Shown here: positions 56,959 through 64,000 of the stretch, piece after piece
How positions within the stretch are numbered: the stretch's first letter is position 1
Layout: each line of letters begins with the position of its first letter
Assembly: GCA_965279515.1 (NCBI GenBank)
Contig: CBDIID010000003.1
Location: 1,504,001-1,568,000, forward strand
Direction of reading: 5' to 3'
DNA length: 64,000 bases
Source of the DNA: Turneriella sp.
Lineage (GTDB): Bacteria > Spirochaetota > Leptospiria > Turneriellales > Turneriellaceae
Notes under the pieces: generated by a model
What the model was told of the DNA's origin: nothing
Database searches by the model: none
The model's input: the letters and a program-made list of their open reading frames with translations, nothing else
Program-made: the position numbers and the translations under genes

Positions 56959-58047
56959 GTGATTGAAACACTTCAGTCTCTGACACTTCTGGGCTGCATT
57001 GTATCCTGGATGATCGCGTTAGCATGCATTATGACGAGGAAGAAAAATGCTATCCATTTTTTCTTTGGGCTATTCTATTTCTCGCTCGGTGTAATTCATT
57101 TATCCGTTTGGAATGTAGAATTGAATTTGCACCTACGTTTTTCCGTGTTGTCTGAAGTTGACCTTCCGTTTATCTGCCTGCTCGGCCCTCTTGTTTATCT
57201 TATCCATCGAATTACAATGGATAGAGAATTTAGATTTCGTTTATTTCACTTGCTCCATTTTCTACCGGCCCTGATAAGCATGATACTGATGTTGCCCTAT
57301 TACTTCACGCCGGCGCCAGAGAAGCAACTCGCTTTTTCAATGGCCTTAACTGACCTTCCCGGCACTCTGTTGCAAATGAACCTCGGCATCACTGTGCTCA
57401 TCAATTTGGCTTACCTCGTTTTAGTGGCAAGAGGCACGCGCATATTTTGGAACTGGCAAACCCTGCGCGATGAACCTCTTGTAAGGAATCTGCTGAAAAT
57501 AATACTTTGGACAGCTTTAGTCCTGGGTATTGCGGCGTTCGGTATTGTTGGACATCGTTTCAGTCTAGTCTACCTGGCATTGGCATTGGCGACCCTCGGT
57601 CACTTGTATATTTTTGCGCAAATGCACCGCAATCCTCAAACGTTCTTTTCTTTGAGAAATATTGCCGAACGCGCGAGATACCGGCGTGCCTTACCAAAGG
57701 AAATTGACACCCGGGATTTAAGAATCCAGTTAGAAAACCTCATTGAAGACCGTAAGCTCCATCACGATCCTGATCTGAGTCTGGCGGGCATGGCACAGAT
57801 ACTTTCCATAACTCCGCACCAATTGTCTCAGTTTCTGAATGAGCATGTCGGCAAGAATTTTGCAGGATTTTTGAACGAATTTCGTGTCGCCGAGGCCAAG
57901 ACAAAGTTACTCGACGAACAGAATTTGTCCGCAACGGCCATAGGTTACCAATTAGGTTTCAGCAACTACGCAACGTTTCAGCTTGTGTTTCGCAAAGCAG
58001 TCGGCATTTCTCCCAAAGCCTACCGCGAAAAGCTACGCCGAAATTAA
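56959..58047 (+). CDS. Membrane-bound AraC family regulator
   Basis: 6-7 TM helices; DPDLSL..A..L.ITPHQLSQFLN...NF..FLNEFRV.EAK..GFSN..TF...F.K..G.SP. Confidence 0.9.
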   Translation: MIETLQSLTLLGCIVSWMIALACIMTRKKNAIHFFFGLFYFSLGVIHLSVWNVELNLHLRFSVLSEVDLPFICLLGPLVYLIHRITMDREFRFRLFHLLHFLPALISMILMLPYYFTPAPEKQLAFSMALTDLPGTLLQMNLGITVLINLAYLVLVARGTRIFWNWQTLRDEPLVRNLLKIILWTALVLGIAAFGIVGHRFSLVYLALALATLGHLYIFAQMHRNPQTFFSLRNIAERARYRRALPKEIDTRDLRIQLENLIEDRKLHHDPDLSLAGMAQILSITPHQLSQFLNEHVGKNFAGFLNEFRVAEAKTKLLDEQNLSATAIGYQLGFSNYATFQLVFRKAVGISPKAYREKLRRN

Positions 58048-58155
58048 TCATAAACTGATCATTTTATAAAATAACGAGTTGATGTTATAAATCTTAATTT
58101 TCTATTTTTGACGGTAGTAAGCGTCTCAGGTAGTTTAACTCCATAGGAGATTTAT

Positions 58156-60054
58156 ATGAAAAAAATATGTATTAGGATTCTGATAGTTGGGGCGTTATTT
58201 ATGTCCTGCGCGAAAAAGAGTGAAATTGCCGACGAAGCACAGCTGACTCGTCTGGGCAGTTTGCAGGGTGAATTAATTGGCGGCATTGCCGGCAGCGGCG
58301 ACCTGGCAATCCGGGTCAACACAGGGGTCGATAAACCACAAACAGTATATGACTATGGAGATCTCATGGAGGGTTCAGACCTAAACCAGATTTTCACCGT
58401 CATGAACACTGGCATAAACCCCATCAGGTTAAGCGTTCAGCAGCCTGCTCTGACGGCTGGTTTTTCTTATGCGGCATCGCCCCTGGGTTCTGTTTTTCCC
58501 GGCAACGGAGGAACTTGCGTTGCAGGCGGTGTGCTGGCAGCGGGTGCGAGTTGTATAGTCATCGTTACATTTACGGCGGCTTCCCCCGAGGGTATCAAAA
58601 CGGCAGCATTGGTGATAGATTACGTGGATAGGTTTGTGCCCTTATCTGCCAGCAAGGCGATTAAGGGTACCGCTCGCCATCTACCGGCGCCGATTGATGT
58701 GCAAAAAGCGGGTGGTTATGGCTGCGCGCTGCAAAATGGGCGCGCAGTATTATGCTGGGGCCACAACACTGGCGGCCAGCTTGGCCACGATAATTCACTG
58801 ACAATCGGTGATGCGGCGAATGAGATGGGAAACGAGATACCTGTGACGGTAGTACACCCTTCGGGCAGTCACGTTAAGAAAATCAGCCTAAGCACAGCCG
58901 GTGACGGCAATGAATTTGTGTGCGCTCTGTTGGATACGGGCAAGGTGTTCTGTTGGGGAAAGGGAGCAAACGGTCAATTGGGCACTTACAATACCAACAA
59001 CATCGGGTTAGCACCTGGACAGATGGGCGCTAACCTGATTCCGGTAGATTTGAGTTCTGATGCTTCGGGCAATTCGTACGCTGTTGATATTGCCGTGGGG
59101 AAGGATTTTGCGTGCGCCATCAGGCAAGATGGATCCATACGGTGCTGGGGTCTTGACAGCAATGGCCAACTCGGTAATGGACCGGCATCTACGGGCAACA
59201 TCGGTGATAGCCCCGCTCACTCTATCAGCGGCAGCGGCAACGCAGTCGCGCTAGGTGGTCCGGCAAGGGCTATTTTCCTCGGCGCGTTTCATGCCTGCGC
59301 CATCTTGGGGGATAACTCGGTCAAATGCTGGGGCAACAACAACAACGGCAGGCTCGGTGTCGGCGAAGCTACGGCAGGTCTTGCATCGAGCCCCGTAGGT
59401 CCCGTAAATTTGGGCGACGGTCTCACAGCGATAACGATGGCGCTGGGCGGCAGTCACACCTGCGCAATTCTGAGCAATCGACATCTCAAGTGCTGGGGTG
59501 GTGGCGGTGGCGGTCTGAATGATGGATCAGGCGAATTAGGCTATGGGGACAAATTGACGCGCGGGAAAACTGCCGCGAGCATGGCGTCGTTGCCCGAAGT
59601 CGAAATTCTCAATGCTGACGGCACCATGGCAGCACTCGACGGTGTTACGGCAGGTGCAGCTACCACATGCGTTGTAAAAACAGGGGCTTTTGTAAAATGT
59701 TGGGGTCGTAACGATAAGGGTCAGGCGGGGCAGGGACATACGAATAATATCGGTGATGATCCCGGAGAGATGGGGTTGAACTTACCACCCATTAGCTTTT
59801 TTGCACCCGAAAATCCAATTCCACTGAGTGTCTTTCCGATCATTACGAGTTCCTGCGCAGTTTATTCGTTCGCGGTACCGGAGATAACAGGGCAACAACG
59901 CAGGTTATCATGTTGGGGAAACAATGCTTCCGGGACTTTAGGCTCAGAAACGAATGGTGTATGTTTGGCCGGCGCAGATGCCATTTGCGGAAATGCTCCC
60001 GACGAAATGGGCGGCAACACTTATGATATTAGGCTACCATTTATAGACCACTGA
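58156..60054 (+). CDS. Lipoprotein with Ig-like domain and RCC1-like repeats
   Basis: LFMSC lipobox; about 7 repeats CA...G.V.CWG.N..GQLG. Confidence 0.88.
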   Translation: MKKICIRILIVGALFMSCAKKSEIADEAQLTRLGSLQGELIGGIAGSGDLAIRVNTGVDKPQTVYDYGDLMEGSDLNQIFTVMNTGINPIRLSVQQPALTAGFSYAASPLGSVFPGNGGTCVAGGVLAAGASCIVIVTFTAASPEGIKTAALVIDYVDRFVPLSASKAIKGTARHLPAPIDVQKAGGYGCALQNGRAVLCWGHNTGGQLGHDNSLTIGDAANEMGNEIPVTVVHPSGSHVKKISLSTAGDGNEFVCALLDTGKVFCWGKGANGQLGTYNTNNIGLAPGQMGANLIPVDLSSDASGNSYAVDIAVGKDFACAIRQDGSIRCWGLDSNGQLGNGPASTGNIGDSPAHSISGSGNAVALGGPARAIFLGAFHACAILGDNSVKCWGNNNNGRLGVGEATAGLASSPVGPVNLGDGLTAITMALGGSHTCAILSNRHLKCWGGGGGGLNDGSGELGYGDKLTRGKTAASMASLPEVEILNADGTMAALDGVTAGAATTCVVKTGAFVKCWGRNDKGQAGQGHTNNIGDDPGEMGLNLPPISFFAPENPIPLSVFPIITSSCAVYSFAVPEITGQQRRLSCWGNNASGTLGSETNGVCLAGADAICGNAPDEMGGNTYDIRLPFIDH

Positions 60055-60055
60055 A

Positions 60056-61078
60056 TCAAGGAATATGAAAAAAACCGCGGGCAAAATCGGGGCCATAGAA
60101 GATCAAGCCGGTGTATACCTGCACGAGATCGGCCCCCATTTCAAGCCGCACTTTTGCTTCGCCGGGGGAAAAAATACCGCCACTCGAAATCACAGGTACC
60201 TTGCCGCGCGTCTCTTTCAGCGTCACTGCCAGGTACTCGCGCGCCCTGGCCGCGAGCGGTTTTCCGGAAAGCCCGCCCCCAAAATCCCTCAGGTTTTCGG
60301 GCAAAACCACCAGGGAATGATCGGTCGTCGTGTTGCTGATGATAATTCCCTGTGCGCCGCCGGCGAGCGCCGCATGGAGCGAATCGCGGTAAGCTTTCAG
60401 CGAATCAAAATCGGGCGCAAATTTGACAACGATGGGCCGCGGCGCAACGGCCACACATTTTTCCACAAGCGCACGGATGGCCTTACCCTTCTGCAACGCC
60501 CGCAGGTTCGGCGTATTGGGCGAGCTGACGTTCACGGCGATATAACTCAGGTACTCGCTCATGATGTCGCCGCGCAATAGCTCCAGGCAATAGATATAAT
60601 CGTCGGCCGCACTTTCAACCGCCCTTTCCTTGCCTTTGCCGAGACTCAGCGCTATCTGGTATGATGCCGGCGCGACCGCAAGACGTGCCCGCAGGTTTTG
60701 CCAGCCGCGGATAAATCCCGGGTTGTTAAATCCCATCTTGTTCAGCAGCGCTTCGTTTTCGGGAAGGCGCGCGAGCCGCGGCTTCGCATTTCCCTTTTGC
60801 GGTTTCGGCGTCAGGCTGCCCGATTCGATAAAACCAAAACCTAAACGGTGGATATAAGATGGAGCGCGGCAAAATTTATCAAAACCGGCGGCAATCCCCA
60901 GCGGTGAATAGAACTTGCGGTCGAAAAGAATTTTAGCTTCGCGCTTTGAGAGCACGGCATCTTTGACGAACGGCGAGATGCAGCGCATCGCCATGCCTGT
61001 CAGCGTGTGCGCGCGCTCAGGGTCGATGGCGAAAAGTGCGGGCTTCGTCAGCCGGTAGAGACTCTGCAAAACTGACAT
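60056..61078 (-). CDS. pyrD: Quinone-dependent dihydroorotate dehydrogenase
   Basis: DPERAH, GIAAGFDK, GNAKPRL, NKMGFNN, NVSSPNTPNLR, GGLSG, VQVYTG. Confidence 0.95.
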   Translation of the reverse strand: MSVLQSLYRLTKPALFAIDPERAHTLTGMAMRCISPFVKDAVLSKREAKILFDRKFYSPLGIAAGFDKFCRAPSYIHRLGFGFIESGSLTPKPQKGNAKPRLARLPENEALLNKMGFNNPGFIRGWQNLRARLAVAPASYQIALSLGKGKERAVESAADDYIYCLELLRGDIMSEYLSYIAVNVSSPNTPNLRALQKGKAIRALVEKCVAVAPRPIVVKFAPDFDSLKAYRDSLHAALAGGAQGIIISNTTTDHSLVVLPENLRDFGGGLSGKPLAARAREYLAVTLKETRGKVPVISSGGIFSPGEAKVRLEMGADLVQVYTGLIFYGPDFARGFFHIP

Positions 61079-61091
61079 GGCCCGCGGCGGC

Positions 61092-63695
61092 CTATTGCGT
61101 CTTCAGCTGCGGCGGTGGACCGGGAGCGGGGTTCGTTCCCGGCGGTTGCTGCAGGTTCGCCGTACCGGGCCCCGTTGCCGGCACCGGCAAATCACCACCG
61201 AGTTCGCGCATCTTCTCTGCATCCAGCATGTCATACGATTTCTGTTTGGTGCGCCCGACTTCTTCGTTCTGCAAATTATGGTCTGCCTGCAGAAGATCCA
61301 GGAAACTCTTGGATTCGGCATGGTGGCAATTGCATGACGCACCGCCGACGCTGAGGCGCTTGCCATGCCTCGTCATCGGCTCGGGAATCAGCGTCCCCGT
61401 CAGGTTCTCACTGGTATCGCATTTGGGGTTGGGCCACATGCCGGTAAACTTACAGACGGCGCCGGTTCTCACGGAAGGCGGCAATTTCTGGTCGAAGGGC
61501 TCGGCTTCCCTGCCCCGTATCTTGTCGATGTCGGCCATGAAGGAGCCCCAGACGGGGGCGACGTTGGAACCGCCGGAGATACCCTTACCTAAAGTCATAT
61601 CGCCGTTATCCATACCGAACCAAACGACAGCCGCCATCTCGGTGGAGAAGCCGCTGAACCAGACATCGTTGAAGCTGTTGGTGGTGCCTGTTTTTCCGGC
61701 TCCGGGTCCCTTGTATCCGCCATGGACGCGAATCCCTTCGGTGGGGGTTCCGGCATTGACGACATTTTCCATCATTTTGCGCAGAATAAATGTGGAACCT
61801 TCTTCGATAATTTGAATTTGCCCGGTGCGGCGTTTATAGTTGAGCGCCTGAATCACATCGTTTTCGGGATGGGCGATCACGTTGCCTTCGCGGTCGGCGA
61901 TATAAATGATCGCGTGCGGAATGATATCCTGCCCCTTGTTACCGATGATCGCATACCCCAGCAGAAGCTCAGCAGGGGTAAGCTCCGAAGTGCCCAGCGA
62001 CAGCGAGGGATTCGGTTGAAACCGCGACTCGGGTACCTTGGTCAGGCGGCTCGCATAGTTAATGATGACATCCGGGCCGACCAGGTCATAGACCTGGACC
62101 GAGATCAGGTTGATCGAGGCGGATAGCGCGCGGAACGCCAAAACATATCCGGTGAACTCCGAATTGAAATTCGACGGCGCCCATACTTTACCCGTCGGTG
62201 TCACGTTGACGATAGGCGAATCGATAAAACCCATCGCGTAGTGGATGCCACGCGCTTCGAGTGCCGAACCGTAGACAAATACCTTCATAGCCGAACCTGG
62301 CTGGCGGCGGGCCATCGTGGCGCGGTTGAACTGATCGGAAGATTTATATTCTCGCCCGCCGATCATCGCTGTGTAGCGACCGGTTTTCATGTCGAGCGAA
62401 AGCAGCGCGCCCTGGACATGAAGATCTCCGCGGTGTTCGCGGCTGGCTGACATAAATTCGCTCGAAGCCTCGTTAACGGTTGTGGCAGGCAGTGTCAGCG
62501 ACACGAGTTCTAACGCGTCGGACCCTTCATCCCTGAAGGCGCTGCGAAAATCGCCGCGCAGTGAATATTCGCGGGTTGAGATGCTGGTCTCCACGATCTT
62601 GCCGGTTACCGGATCGAGGCTTTTCTGCTTAACGATGCCGGGAGTACGGGCATTCTGCGCGCGCGCAATCGGGTCGATTTTCACAAGCGCCGGGATTAAT
62701 GCTTTTTCACCGGCCTGCTGGTGATCCAGGTCGAGCGTGGTATATACCTGCAACCCCTTCGAGTAGACGGCGTCTTCGCCGTAGAGTGCAATGAGTTCTT
62801 GCCGCACGTGTTCGGTAAAGTAAGGAGCGTTGTTGACCTTCTCGCCGAAAATCGTTTTCGACGGCGGCGTCGTGGCGATTTTGCGCCAGTAGACGGGCCA
62901 AAATGTTTTATAAAGCGTGTCCGCTTCCTGTTTTGTAATGTATCCCACTTCGACGAGGCGGTTCAGCGACAGCTTGTTCTTTTTGTACGCCTCGTGCGGC
63001 GCGCGGAACGGAGAATAGTTATGCGGTGATTTCGGCAGCGCCGCGAGAATCGACGCTTCCATGAAGTTGAGTTTAGAGACCGGCTTATCGAAATAAAATT
63101 GCGCGGCAGAGGCGATCCCATAGGCGCCGTGACCAAAATAGGTCTGGTTGAAGTACATCTCGAGAATTTCATCTTTGGTGAATGCTTTCTCGACCTGCAA
63201 CGCCAGCACCGCCTCATAGACCTTGCGGAATAAACTGCGTTCGCCATCGGTATAAAGACCCTTCACAAGCTGCTGCGTGATCGTTGAACCACCGGCAACG
63301 ACGCGCCGCGCGCGCAGGTTCTTAAACGTCGCGCGCAGAATTCCCTTGAAGTCGATACCAAAGTGGTCATAAAAATTCGAGTCTTCGATCGCGAGAAAGG
63401 CAGCGATCACGGGCCGTGGAATCTCTTCGAGCGAAACGAGCTTTCTCTGGTGACGGAAAAGCTCGGCGATCAGCCGCCCTTTTTGGTCATAGAGCCGCGT
63501 CGGTATTGTCGGGCGGAACGAGGCGAGACGGTCGAGATCGCCGGTTTTCGAATGGATGCGAAAATGGATAAACCCAAGGATGATACCGCCGAAAAACGCC
63601 GAGATAAAAAAGCCATAAACAACGATTTTCTCGAGCTTTTGCCACCACGGCAAACCAGCGAGGGGGGGATTGATATCTGCGGCGGAACCTTGCAT
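61092..63695 (-). CDS. Class A penicillin-binding protein (PBP1A family)
   Basis: EDSNFYDHFG, GGSTITQQ, RKVYE; S-x-x-K (GSAMK), SIN, KTGT. Confidence 0.93.
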   Translation of the reverse strand: MQGSAADINPPLAGLPWWQKLEKIVVYGFFISAFFGGIILGFIHFRIHSKTGDLDRLASFRPTIPTRLYDQKGRLIAELFRHQRKLVSLEEIPRPVIAAFLAIEDSNFYDHFGIDFKGILRATFKNLRARRVVAGGSTITQQLVKGLYTDGERSLFRKVYEAVLALQVEKAFTKDEILEMYFNQTYFGHGAYGIASAAQFYFDKPVSKLNFMEASILAALPKSPHNYSPFRAPHEAYKKNKLSLNRLVEVGYITKQEADTLYKTFWPVYWRKIATTPPSKTIFGEKVNNAPYFTEHVRQELIALYGEDAVYSKGLQVYTTLDLDHQQAGEKALIPALVKIDPIARAQNARTPGIVKQKSLDPVTGKIVETSISTREYSLRGDFRSAFRDEGSDALELVSLTLPATTVNEASSEFMSASREHRGDLHVQGALLSLDMKTGRYTAMIGGREYKSSDQFNRATMARRQPGSAMKVFVYGSALEARGIHYAMGFIDSPIVNVTPTGKVWAPSNFNSEFTGYVLAFRALSASINLISVQVYDLVGPDVIINYASRLTKVPESRFQPNPSLSLGTSELTPAELLLGYAIIGNKGQDIIPHAIIYIADREGNVIAHPENDVIQALNYKRRTGQIQIIEEGSTFILRKMMENVVNAGTPTEGIRVHGGYKGPGAGKTGTTNSFNDVWFSGFSTEMAAVVWFGMDNGDMTLGKGISGGSNVAPVWGSFMADIDKIRGREAEPFDQKLPPSVRTGAVCKFTGMWPNPKCDTSENLTGTLIPEPMTRHGKRLSVGGASCNCHHAESKSFLDLLQADHNLQNEEVGRTKQKSYDMLDAEKMRELGGDLPVPATGPGTANLQQPPGTNPAPGPPPQLKTQ

Positions 63696-63774
63696 TTTCG
63701 GGAAAGTTTCTCCCTTTTAGTCAGGCCGCAAAGGATTTTCGTTTCCGCGGCATCCCCGCCTCGCAGGGGTATCT

Positions 63775-64000
63775 ATGCGTAGACATGCCTTAGCCGGTCT
63801 TTTAGCGGTTGCCGCGGCCGGGTGCGCCTCGGTGCAAAACCAGCCCCTTTATAAAGATGTCGAGATGCACGGCCACCGCGGTGCGCGCGGCCTGATGCCC
63901 GAAAACACCTGGCCGGCCTTTACCGCGGCGCTCGATCTTGGCATGACGGTGCTCGAACTCGATACGGTGCTGACGGCCGAGGGCGATCTCATGATTCACC
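63775..64000 (+). CDS. Glycerophosphodiester phosphodiesterase lipoprotein (partial, runs off the window)
   Basis: [17 protein letters not shown]...[14 protein letters not shown]...ELDT..T..G; not in the ORF track. Confidence 0.88.
   Translation, partial: MRRHALAGLLAVAAAGCASVQNQPLYKDVEMHGHRGARGLMPENTWPAFTAALDLGMTVLELDTVLTAEGDLMIH

Overview
A gene-dense chromosomal segment from a spirochaete, most likely Leptospiraceae (Turneriella-like). This assignment is inferred from the spiro-SPASM protein, the 7TM adenylate/guanylate cyclase, the TM-AraC regulator and the SH3-M23 proteins. It holds about 55 CDSs, including housekeeping genes (pyrE, ahpC, lysA, folE, cysS, folE2, smpB, rseP, uvrA, rnc, pyrD, PBP1A), regulators and surface proteins, plus tRNA-Arg(UCG) and tRNA-Pro(GGG). 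No transposase, integrase, prophage or CRISPR array was seen. The most striking signal is a dispersed family of short (35-100 nt), sequence-diverse but structurally similar nested hairpins with C-A-(N)-G-G-A-N-G loops, which match the CsrA/RsmA-binding consensus. They interrupt a second copy of tRNA-Arg and sit in-frame inside an rRNA methyltransferase, a MarR regulator and a thioesterase. They also occur at the pyrE 3' end and upstream of smpB, which resembles Rickettsia palindromic elements. Other observations: a CTG-start acetate kinase, a divergent folE-phosphoesterase-nucleotidyltransferase-UDG operon alongside folE2, several operator palindromes (one shared by two loci 27 kb apart), and a small ORF missed by the track. 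Product calls come from motif recognition only; no database searches were run.
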